Assembly: GCF_009834535.1 (NCBI RefSeq)
Contig: NC_045704.1
Span: forward strand, 76,136,001 to 76,200,000
Source: Camelus ferus
Taxonomy: Eukaryota
Reading direction: 5' to 3'
DNA: 64,000 nt
In this document: positions 20,710-32,640 of the stretch, piece by piece
How positions within the stretch are numbered: position 1 is the first letter of the stretch
Layout of the letters: each line of letters begins with the position of its first letter
Notes under the pieces: model-generated
What the model saw: the letters and a program-made list of their open reading frames with translations, nothing else
Database searches by the model: none
Told to the model about the DNA's origin: nothing
Translations under genes and position numbers: made by a program

Positions 20710-23400
20710 TGAACTTGGGATGGAAACTTACCCAGGGAAGCACCCTAGAGGCCAGGGCAGGAAAGTTCTCCTCTCTGATGATGCCTCACTTCCCCAATTC
20801 AGAATTTCCAGGCAGTTCAAAGCACCTCCAAAAACCACACCAAGGTTTCTACTTTTGATAATGGCCAACCATTCTTATCATGCTAACTCTCCTGCAAATA
20901 GTAACTACAAACACTGGACTAAGTATAAAAATAATTATTTGAAGGCCCTAGTGAATGACCAGAAGTAGGCAGATACTGGAGGGGAGTCATACCTGGAAGA
21001 AAGGAAAGGTACTAGGTGAGTTTCCCCTTTACCTGCTTTTCCCTAAGAGCAGGCCTCAGTCTATGTCATGCATGATGGGGAAAGGGAGGTGCAGTTAAAA
21101 CTCAGATGGAAAATCTTATCTTACTGACTTGAACAACTGGAGCATAGGTTGACGCAACCATAGCAATTAAAATGTCAAGAGAGAAATCTGAAAAGGAGAG
21201 AGCCAGAGAAGGAGGAATCCTAAATACAATGTACAAACTCTACCTAAATCTTTAGCTAAACTCTGAATCATTAATGTGTGGGGCACATTAGCAGCCTAGC
21301 TAAAGCTAAAAGAACTGAACTTTCAGCTGCTATTGCAAAGGAGACAAAGTATGCAGTTTGAATTTAGCCACATTCACTGCACACTAAACCAAACAAAATC
21401 AATACTCTTAGGAAGTGCATAACAGAATGTAGAGTCTCTACAAAGTATTATTCATAGTGTCTAGATAAAATAGCAAATTACTCAATATATAAATAAAACA
21501 GAAAAAAAAATCTCCACATTGTAGAGAAGAGACAATTGAGACCAAACTCTGCATGACTAAGATGTTGGACTTAGTACACAAGGATTTTAAAGCAGCTATT
21601 ATAACAATGCTGAAGGGTGTAGGAAAATGTGATTTTAATAAATGATGAGATGAAATATCTGCAGGGAAGTAGAAACTATTAAAAATTAAATGGAAATTCT
21701 AATACTGAAAAGATATAATTTTTAAAGTAAAATTTCACTGAGGTACTTAAGAGTAGGTTGGCGCTGATAGAAGGAAAAATCAGTGAAGTTGATGGTAGGT
21801 CTGTAGAAATTATCCAATATGAAGAACAGAGAGAAAGAGGGTAGAAAAAAATGACCCAAGCCTTGTGGACTTTTAGGAAAATATTTAAAGTTTTAATAAT
21901 AGGAGTTGCAGAAAGAGAGAAGAGAAGGAATGAGGCAGCAAAAATATTTGAGGAGTAATTCCTGAAATTTACTCAAAGACATAAAGTTACAATGAACCTC
22001 AGGCAAGATGAATATCAAGAAAACAGCCCCTAAGCATATCATATACAAACCACTGAAATCCAATGATAAAAAGATCTTGAAAGCAGCAAGAGGGGGAAAA
22101 AAAGATACATTACATATAAGCAAACAGCAATTCAAATGACCATTGGTTTCCTCATCAGAAACAGAAGGTAGTGAAACATTAGAGTGCTGAAAAAAAAAAA
22201 TACTGTCAACTCAGAATCTGTATTCAGTGAAAATATCTTTTTCTTATAATGAAGACTTACCAAAGACATGTTCAGATAAAAGAAAACCAAGAATTCATCA
22301 CCATCAGATCTGCACTAGAAGAAATGCTAGAAGAAAGTTACCAGGCCAAAAGGAGGTGATATCAGATGAAAACTTAGAACTTCAGGAAGCAATGAAGAAC
22401 AATGGAAATGGAAAATATACGGACAAATCTGAAAGACTAGTTTTCCTCTTTCTTTAAGATGCATATGACTGTTTAAAACAAAAATTATAACATTTTATTA
22501 TAACATATATAGAGAGAGATATAATGCACATAACAAGTACTGGATAAATTATGAGAGAAAGGGATACATGGACCTATATACTCGCAAGTTCTTAAATTTA
22601 GCATGAGATGATAACAATGTTTGCTCTAAGTAGACAGTGAAAAACTAAGGCTATACAGTATAATCCCTATAAGGAATCATAAGTAATAATAATTCAATAA
22701 GGTATATCTTTTTTCTTTTCCATTATAGTTTATTACAAGATATTAAATATAGTTCCCTGTGTTATCAGTAGGACTTTGTTGTTTATCTATTTTACATACA
22801 GTAGTTTGTATATGCTAAGTCCAAATTCCTAATTTATTCCTCTCTCCACCCTTCCTACCTGGTAACCATTAGTTTGTTTTCTGTCTGTGAGTCTGTTTGC
22901 TTTGTAAATAAGTTCATTTGTATCATTTTAAAGATTTCATATGTCAGTGATATATGATATTTTTCTTTCTCTGTCTGACTTACTTCACTTCGTATGATCA
23001 TCTCAAGGTTGCTGCAAATGACATTATTTCATTCTTTTTATGACTGAGTAATATTCCACTGAATATATATACCACATCTTCTTGATCCAGTGATCTGTCA
23101 GTGGACATTCAGGTTGCTTCCATGTCTTGGCTATTGTAAATAGTGCTGCTGTGAACACTGGGGTGCATGTATATTTTCAAATTAGGATTTTCTCTGGATA
23201 TATGCCCAGGAGCTGGATCATGTGGCAACTCTATTTTCAGTTTTTAAAGGACTCTTGATACTGTTTTCCATAGTGGCTGCACCAACTTACATTCCCACCA
23301 ACAGTTTAGGAGGGTTTCCTTTTCCAATTAGGTATACCTTAAAAGCCACTAGATAAATTAAAAAATGAAAATCTTAAGAAATATGTAATCAAACCAAAAC
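20710..23400 (+). mobile_element. Old L1M 5'/ORF1/inter-ORF region, interrupted at 22711-23325 by a younger L1
   Basis: ORF1-type text (gaaaaatcagtgaagttgatggtaggtctgtagaaattatccaatatgaagaacagagag; gataaaaagatcttgaaagcagcaagagg; atcttttcttataatgaag); resumes after the insertion with aaaagccactagataaatt. Confidence 0.75.
22711..23325 (-). mobile_element. 5'-truncated L1 3' end (younger family) with TSD
   Basis: T-rich tail, then L1 3'UTR and ORF2 end in reverse (ggtaaccattagtttg...; ggttgcttccatgtcttggctattgtaaatagtgctgc). Direct repeats aataaggtatatctt (22696-22710) and aattaggtatacctt (23326-23340), 13/15 identical. Confidence 0.92.
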
Positions 23401-25199
23401 TGTACCACCCAAGGTCCGGTGAAGGAGGAAAGCACAGTTATCTGGGGAGCCCATCTTCCTGGACACCCACTTAGGGGGATTTGGAGTGCTTGAACTTTTC
23501 TCCCCACCTTCCCATTCCCACCCCCAGTACGCTGACTTGTGCTCCCTCAGCCCTGCACCTCCTGGCGAGGCGAGGCCTAGCTTTCCAGTACCCCTTCTAT
23601 AACTTCCATATGTCTAATTTGTTACCAAACTTCTCAAAAAAACCTTAAGGGGAAAAAAAGAAAAAATAATAACGTGTTTCCATGTTCGTGATGGATGGGA
23701 CTCTCTGAAGTCAGAGTATAGAGCAGTGACCCATTTTGTGGGGGGCCTAAGAGCGGCAGTGGGAGAGAGGGGGCATCACGATGTATGACCAGATTGTTCA
23801 TCTCAGGGAGACAGAAAGGTGATGTGCCAGTGATAATATTTTAGAAATTGAGAGGGGTATCTATCTGAGATGACCATGAGCTCATGTTTTAACTTAAAAG
23901 TGGTATTGGCCTATGGGAAATTGGAATTTGGGATTGGTTTTTACCAGAGAGGGGAGGTTAGATATGATAAGTATTTGTTAGTGAATATATGAATAAATTA
24001 GCCTATTGATAATCTACAAATAAAGTAAATTGCTATTTTATGTTCTTTAAATTTTCATCTAAGTACAAATGTTTCTTTGGAAATAAGCAGATAGAAATAA
24101 TTATCTTTACTGATTGCAGCCCTAATATTTCCTGACAGCAGAATACCTGGAAAGTATGTTTACCCCATATGTAGCCCTGAATGCATCCAGACCATTAATA
24201 ATTGGTATCATAGGACAATGGTTTGACTCTTCAATGAGTTTTCCAACTCAGATGGAAAATATACCAAACATATAAGCATAGAGAATAAGATTTTGAATGG
24301 ACGTTAATTACATAAATATCTTGAGAATGTTTTATTTCCTTTGGAAAAAAATTTTTTAAAGAATGAGGGAAAAAAGGAAGTGGTATTTCTCAAGAAGTCT
24401 TGAAGATTCAAGAGAAGTCTTTAACAACATGTTGCATTTTTCTGCACTCCTACCCAGGCTAATCAGATCAGTTGGGAAATCTCATCCACATTCACTTCAG
24501 AAGCATTTTTTAAATTGCCCAATCTCATGGCTGACTACAGATTAGTTCAGAGGTACATCTCCAGCTCTCTAAAACCACTCAAATGCTCTTTGATTCTGAC
24601 AGCTCTGCCCACTTTTATAGCCATTGTGAGTTTGGGAAGTCAGCAGATCACAATCTAAAGTGAGGTGTTTTCTGTGTTCTAGAGTGACCCATTTAGGGAA
24701 AGAGATAAAGCACGCTGAAAATGAAAAGTATATAGTGTTAATATCAAAGGAGACCATGGCAACCACCTTCTTAACCTCAGTAGCACATAGAATGTAAAAT
24801 ATACAAAATCCCATAATGTAAAACAGAAACATATAAAAAATAGTCAAGGAAATGTCAGAAATACACTATAATTAAAAAAGGAAGGAAGTCCATTTGTAAA
24901 TAACAATAATCATTTGATTAAACTTGTTAAAGCAATGCAGACATTCTGCAATTTTAAGAATAATTTATGTTTGTGGCTTAAGAAAGAAAAAAATAATCAG
25001 TTACTTTAGCTAAACAGGAATGAAGTTATAAGCTTTGTGAGAACATGATAATTGCTAAGAATGAGAAGGAGTAAAATGTCATTTAACTGGGAATCAGGTC
25101 ACATGGATTCTAATCCAAGAACTATAATATGGGAAATAATAATACCTATCTTACTTCCTTTTCAAGAATTTTGGAAAATTAAAAATACAATACACATAA

Positions 25200-25470
25200 A
25201 TGTAAGCACTTAAATGTTTAGTGCTTCCTAGTTTCTGGGAGTGTGCCAGTTGCTGGAGATACAAAGATGAAAGCCACAGTCCCTGTCCTCATGTTGCTAC
25301 CATCTGGATAGGTTGATAAATTATAAAGCAATGGGATCTGTGCAGTGATAGGGATATGTGTATGGTTGCTATAGCAACAGCAGGAAGGGGAGGAGGAGGA
25401 GGAAGCCCTTTGGGATGGGGGAAGCTTTCTGGAGGACTTCTAATATTTGCTTCTTCATTAAGGTTATTGC
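25200..25470 (-). mobile_element. L2 fragment
   Basis: tttagtgcttcctag...gttgctggagatacaaagatgaaagccacagtccctgtcctcatg is the reverse L2 3' pattern. Confidence 0.6.
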
Positions 25471-26099
25471 TAAACAATAACCTCCATTGGTTAGGTCAAA
25501 CCATATGAAAAAAAAAACATTTAAACTTAATTGAATATTATCTAATGGTTGAAAATATCTAATGCCCTATTTTAGTATCAGTACATGCTTAGAAAGACAC
25601 CTTTTCCTTCTCCTTTCCCTAATATAAATATATCCAGAAAATTTATTCACAGTTGACTTGGTTCTAGACACACAGAAATACTAAGTAAAATGTGGATTTG
25701 TAAAACTGCATGTTGTTTAATCAGACTGAATGATAGGCTCAATTTTCAATACAGAGTTAATTCTGTTCTCATTAAATATAAATGTTATTTATGGAAAACA
25801 AGAGTCCTGTAGAAGCAAGAAGGATACCTCTCAGGGTTACGCATTTTATACTTGCTTAGCATTGATGAGTTTAAACCAATAGGCTTCTTTGCAATTTGAT
25901 TATTTACTACTTTCCTTAATATTGATTGTTCTATTAGATTTTGCTACTAACCAAACACATGTAAGGATTCCAGTATTATTTTACTACCAAAGTAAGATGC
26001 CAAAGGAAATTACATATCATAGTTGAGATTTTGACACAAACTAAAATAAGAAATTAATATTAAGTTGAGGCATATGCTTGTTAACTAACTCTAGTTTAC

Positions 26100-26250
26100 G
26101 TGGAGAGGCAGCAGAGGGTGGCTGTAAGCAAGACAGACCTGTGTTCAAATCCCAGCTCCTCCACTTGCTACTTGATAGATTTCAGAAAAGTTGCATAACT
26201 TAAATATCTCGAACTCTCTGTCCCCCTCATGTATAAGATGAAACAAATGC
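26100..26250 (+). mobile_element. MIR SINE
   Basis: gcaagacagacctgtgttcaaatcccagctcctccacttgcta...ctctgtccccctcatgtataagatg. Confidence 0.7.
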
Positions 26251-29200
26251 TACCCACATTGATGAGCTATTTTAAATATTATTAATGTAGGTGAAATGAA
26301 AGTAAATATTAAATAAATGGTGGTTATTATCATGGGCCAGGAATGGTAGTGAGAATTGAATATTATGACTTCAATCTTAGCTTTGGGTGTTTTTTTTTCC
26401 CCAATTTTTTTTTTATTAGTCTCATTAAAACATAGTATCCCTATCAACATTAACCACTAATATTTTTTTCTTCTACTAATTCTATTTTCCTATATTGTTA
26501 GACTATATTTCCTGTACTGCTGAACTTATATTTATGCTAATATATAATTCATACTCTACCTTCATTAATGCACTTATGTTACCTGTCTTAATTGTTTCCT
26601 TTCCCTTTACATACCTCAGCAGGTTAAACTTATCATTACCGTATTTCCAGAGTTCTCCTTTGGTAGAAATCCTCATGAAAATCAAAACTGAGAATCGCAA
26701 AAAAGAGCAGAGCAAGTTCAGGTTTTCTAAGATTGGCTTCTTGAGTCCTGGGTAAATGCAGCTGTGTTATTGCCCGTTTCCTCTGGGTCACAGATGTACA
26801 TCTATCCTCACCGATGATGGATGGCCTACTTTGACATTTTGCATGGATGACTCTTGAGAATGAAGATTCTAGTTATAAAAGATTCATTGGTTCATCCTAC
26901 AGTCCTAACACTGTCACCTTGACACAAACTGACAGTATTAAAATGTCCGTTGACCCTGTTGGTCAGCAAAAAGGAGAAGAAAATGTCTCAGGATCATCTA
27001 AGACAGAAAAAGAGTTTGAGACTTCTTTTCCATAGAATGCAATAACTAATGCAATTTTTAGTTTTATTTTTCCTTTGGCTTCAGGGAATCTGCTTTTGAA
27101 AGGCAACAAAACCCCATTGTGCTGGGGAGGTTCAGGAGTCACCAAATTAAGAAGCACAAGCAGTTGAGAGGCGAATCTACAGGTTGTAAGGGAATTAGAG
27201 CAGAGGTTAGCAGGTGAAGGAAAAAGTTATGTGAGCTCAGAAGAGTAGAAAAATTAAGTGAAGAAGATATGATACAAAAGGAATTATATATGAGTAAATG
27301 CCATTCAAAACCCAATTAAAATCAGTCGCACTTTGTAAGTCATCGTTTTTGTTTAGGAGTTTTATTTCATCTCTATTATATATTGAGTATGTTCTATTAG
27401 GCAAAGACTTCTTAAAAATAAGTATTTTGGTGAGTTAGGAAGTACTCGCAGGCATTCTAACATTTAAAAATAAAATGTGGCTGACCTAGAGTTGCCCAGG
27501 GAAATTCTGACACACAAATAATAACTTCCTAAATTTAAAAAAATGTATGACTGAAGCATTGATAGAACCATAATTACAGCATTGTAAGACAAATGTCAAA
27601 GTTCAGACTTAAGTGCTTTATACAAATAAAACAGTAAACTATGAAAATGTAAAGCATAGTTAGAGGAGGGCTCTGTACATTGAGATATGCGTCTTTACAC
27701 TCAACTAATTAGTCGCTACTGAATGTTTTTGCTTTGCTCAATGGCATGTGGTACATAAATCATTGCAATATGTTAAATGCAAATGGTTGTTAATAGAGGA
27801 ACCATCTGCTCTGTGCTGAAGAGTTTGTTAAGAAGAATGTGGTGAACCTACTTTGGATAATGTTGAAAAACTCAAATACCAAATTTCTAAAATGAGCTGC
27901 CTCTGTTAACCCCAACATTGCTAATAGTCCCCTGTCCTTCTGAATTCTACAAATACATCCTAAACCACAGTCTGTGCTGTTGTCATGCAGCCTCATTGGA
28001 CACTTCTACAGGCAGAACACTCTACAGAGTCTTACACTGAATGGAGACCTGCAGTGTCCTAAGATTGTGTTCAGGGATTTAGAACAACCAATAAATAATC
28101 AGATGATCCTCTCTGGAACATCTTTGCTAACATGAGTAAGACAGACTCTCCATCCCTGTCCTTCCTGAAAGCTATTCCTTCATCGCTGTAGAGCACGGGT
28201 AAGTTGCAGGCTGATGATGAATTGCCGTGGGTCTCATCAGTGTTTGCAACCTCCACCTCCTGTAATCCACAATACTGTATTTCTCTAAAAGATCATCAGT
28301 GCGAAGGGGAGCCATGATTTCTCTCCTAACATACTTTATTAGATGCTGTCACATACCTTCCTAATAATGTCTGCGGGACTCACCGGTGACAGTGTAAAGC
28401 ATGGGAAAATTAGTAATAGGACAGGAGTCAGAGCCCTCGGGTTTCCAATGTCATGCTCCACTTTCTGGCAAAAAGGGAATGCTCTTTCATCCTACCCTTT
28501 CTAATCAGTTCCTGGTCAAGGTTGCTAGCAGTACGTTTAAGAGCCAGCTGCCATGATGATCTATTACATCAATATCCATTGGAGGTGTGCTCAAATGATG
28601 CAATACTCGAAATAGAACTTTGGCCATGAAAGAACGAGCTTAGAAATTAACTGTGCAGATGAAAATCTTTAAACACACAACTTCAGTAAAGCCAGCTGCA
28701 AGGTTTGATTGTTGGCATACTGCTAACATGGCTTTCTCCACCCTACTTTTCTTTTTCTCTCCTTCCCCCTACCCTTCTCTCTTTTGGCTTTTACAGTATA
28801 TGATTTAAGACTGTGCTTTTGGGGCTTCGCCTGTGGGAGAAGAGGCTGCAGGAGAGCTCATTAGCCCAGCAGACGCTCTATCCCTGGATGAATTATACAA
28901 TGAAAAGCTTGCTTCTGAGGGCCACCAAAAAGAGCCCTGGCTTTGTGGAGGTGGGCAGCCCCGCAGTGCAACACAAGCTTTTTATTTGTTAAAAGGGGAT
29001 TTTGTACTAAAAACATTTCCCTTTGTTTGTTCTCATGAAAAGAGGAGCCTCCTGAAGGCTGCATGCATTTGATGACTCCATTTCAAAATGAGCACTTGTC
29101 AGTTTCCAAATGGGGCTGCTGTACTTGAAAGTCACACAAAACCATTCGGAGATGGAGGGACTGGCACGATAATCAGACAAGCAATACCTTAAAGGCAGAG

Positions 29201-29615
29201 TGTGCTGGCTGTGAATCAGAGAAGCTGGAATATTGAATTGGATTCTGACAATGATCCTGGCCCTTTACAAAGCCCATGCTTTAGACTTGGAGCCTAGAAA
29301 AGAAAAAAAAATTCTTAGGTTGTCTAATTTCATTAGTTTATTGAGCTGCAGTTCCACTTTAGTCCCCAGAACACCACTTTAATTTAATTTAAATTTTGTT
29401 ACTTCTTCCCTTCCAAAAGGAAAGCTTCACCATAGAGGCGTGTTTATTGTTTTTAATGCATATGTTTGGAAACATTCACTAATTCATTTTTCCACTTAAT
29501 TACCAGAAACAGGAGGATTGATTCTTTAAACCTGCAGATGATATTTACTGAAGTTTTTATGGAAATATAAATGGAAAGTTTCTTTGATCCAAAATTATGG
29601 TCTGATTTTCTGAGG

Positions 29616-29652
29616 GTTTTTGTTTTTGTTTTTGTTTCTGTTTTTGTTTTTT
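29616..29652. repeat. (TTTTTG)n tract
   Basis: tttttgtttttgtttttgtttctgtttttgttttttt. Confidence 0.85.
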
Positions 29653-32300
29653 TAGAAGAGGAAAGGGCACCCAGGGAAATATGAAGAGCTAACAAAAGCC
29701 AGGTGCAGAGACATGGCATTCATCAACCTTGAGTCTCTTGTACAGGGACGTGCATTTGGGTCACTGCTGCTTTCTTCTCGGCAGGGTCCTCCGGGGCCTC
29801 CCCGGTGCACTCTGCTGATACTCGGTGACACACACACCAGCAGGGAGAGAATTCAGACACATTCCATCTGCTGATGTTTTAATTTTTTTTCAAATCCACT
29901 TGATGAAGTGTGTGTCAGCAAACTTGTCACTCTATTGTATTTTTGAGGTTGGAGCCCTCTTCCTTGGGCCCAAAGATATCTCAGAGATGCAGAGGAGAAT
30001 ATCATGATGCCTCCCTTAATCCTTTTTAAACTGAAAGTATCCTCGGTTCCAAAACACTTCTCTCACTTTTGTTCTGAAAACGCCTCTGGGTCATAAAGTT
30101 CAAGCTATGTAGTTAGGTGAAGCAGACATTTATTTATTCTCAGTGATAGGGGTAATTTTTTAAACCTTGCCTTCTCTTTCCCAGTGTGATATTCTGCTTT
30201 GAAAGAGCAGAAATAGTTGATTTGTGAATAGAATGTCAGGTTTTCTTTAAAACAGATCAAAACAATGTATTTCATTTTACTATCAGGGAAAGCAGTCTCA
30301 CAGTGTTCAAACACTGATATTCGGGGAGTAGTTCCAAAATGTCACTTCTAATATTTTTGTCTTTCTAAGAAGGATGAGATTCAATCATTCCAAGGGAGAG
30401 TGGAGATTGCATTGTGTTGTAGATCTGATCATTAAAATATCTCCAAATGTTGGAGTTCGTCTCATTTATTTACCTGGGGATTAAAATCCAGTGTTCAAAA
30501 GCCATGTGGACAATCTGGGTAGTACCAGCTACTTCATCTCCACATTGCTCGATGCCAGAATTAGTTATCAAAATAAATGGAGCTAACATTTTAAAACAGG
30601 TTATAAGCAGGAACTGCTTCTGCTTATGCCATGTTCAGAATAATCAACCCTTATTCTTCGTGTGAACCCAAAGAGCCCTGAGGGTGCGTTTCTAAGGGCC
30701 ACAGGCCGTGCTGGAAGACGGGGTGCTCAGCCGGTCACAGGGCTGGTGTGCGCAGCCGCGGCACGGAGTCACGGGCACAGCAGCCAGGGGAAGCGAGCTC
30801 TCTGGCCTTCTCCCTTGAAGTGGCGTTTTTCTCTGATGGGAATGTCAGGTGGCATTTCATAGTGTTCATGACTGCAGCCCCTCAGCCCAGCACCGTTGTT
30901 CTAGAAAACCCACCTGCAGGCTGGTAATTGTCCTCACCATCACTAGTTGGCACGCAGCCTTTAAGTACCGTACAGATTCTTCTCCCTGCCCCACCCCCAA
31001 ATGAAGAGTGTGCTGCCTGCCCTAGATTTGTGCTGTTCCTCCTTCCTCTTTTAAAACTTTCTGAATTGAAAGCTTTTCATCCCAAGATCATGTATCTGAC
31101 CTAGTGAACAATACCCTCTTCTCATTTCCATATTGAGGATACAGTCTTCTGAGAATAGAGAATGTTCATTAGTTCACCAGGCATAGGTAATGTAGTTTCC
31201 TCATTTTTTTTTTTTCTGAGAAGGAGTTTCATGTGGATGCTCAGACCCCAAGATATCAGAAAAAGAACAGTTGTACCAACGAGTAACAAACAAAAATTCA
31301 CAGCCGAGAAGCCTGGGTCTGGGCTGGGGCCTGAGGTCACCCTAACTCCGTGGCTGGTGTGTTGCAATCTGACTTGCCAAGGCATTGTAATTTCCATAGG
31401 TTTCAAAAAGAAGAAATGCGTGAGACTAAGAAACACTGAACTACAGCCAACCTGAAGGGGTTGAAGGTTTCCTCCATCAGTAACACAGCTTGGGGAGAGG
31501 ATTGCTCCCTAGATACCAGCTCTGTGAGGAAACTGCATTTCTTTGGCTCTGAGTATGAATTTGGTATAGTTACCTGGCCAGGGGCAAAAGGGGGTTTGAG
31601 TCAGCCAGTTTGGCACCCTTCAGCATTGTGGGTTGGAGAAAAAGACCACTCATTTGAGAGCAAGGCAGATGCCAGATGAGAGTTTACCCTGAAGGTGTGT
31701 TCCAGGCAATAAAACAGACACTGCCTGTGGCCCCTGCCTTGATGACCGCTTGACTACATGGGCTGGGGTGGCTGTCCCGGATCCAGAATGCATTTCTCTC
31801 AAGGTGCACTCACAAATCTGTTATATATTTAGATTTTTTTTTTTTTGGCAAGTTTTTAAAAAATCTTCAGGGATGTCAAAACAAGTAAAAAATTTATATC
31901 CAAGATAAAATGTTCAGTGCCTGGTTTAAAAAGAAGCTTTGATCAGGCTTAGGGGACCAGAATAGCATTTGGAAGTTATTGCAAGGCAATCTTTATTTAA
32001 CACATTCCTTCACAATTGCTTAACTATGTCTTCAATCTTGCCCTCATAACAGCCGTGATTTTCTTACCTTGTATTTGCATTTGTAAAGAACACTTATGTA
32101 GTAGGAATTCACAAAACAGCAGCTCCGTCTTACTGTCCCCCATCCCTGCCATCATCTCTTTCCTATCCTGGAAAAATTTTTCCTTTCATTTGGGATGTAC
32201 TGACCCTGCACTGATCCTTCAAAAGCTGACTGCTAGAATTTGACTCAGAATCAGATTTGAATTTCTTTCCTTTTTTTCTTTGTCTAATGTGCTTTTTCAA

Positions 32301-32640
32301 TGTTTGTTTGTTTGTTTACATTGAAGTATGATTGATACACAACCTTACATTAGTTTCAGGGGTACAACACAGTTGTTTGTTATTTGTGTGTATTGCAGAA
32401 TGTTCACCACAGTAAGTCACATTAACGTCTATCACCTTACATAGTTACAGAGTTTCTTTTTCTTGTGATGAGAACTTTTAAGATCTACTCTCTTAGCAAC
32501 TTCCAAATATGCAATACAATATTATTAACTATAGTTGTTAAGCCTTATTTTACATCCCCATGACTTATTTGTTTTATAACTGGAAGTTTGTGCCTTTTGA
32601 CTACCATCACCCATTTTGCCCACCCAGCCCACCCCCATCC
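32301..32640 (-). mobile_element. L1 3'UTR end (L1MA-type age), 5'-truncated
   Basis: (TTTG)n tail, then gtttcaggggtacaacacagt...gatgagaacttttaagatctactctcttagcaacttccaaatatgcaatac...aactggaagtttgtgcc. Confidence 0.85.

Noticed and set aside
29616-29830. (TTTTTG)n followed by GC-rich sequence, read as a minus-strand retrocopy
   Set aside because: No TSD, polyadenylation signal or recognisable parent was found.
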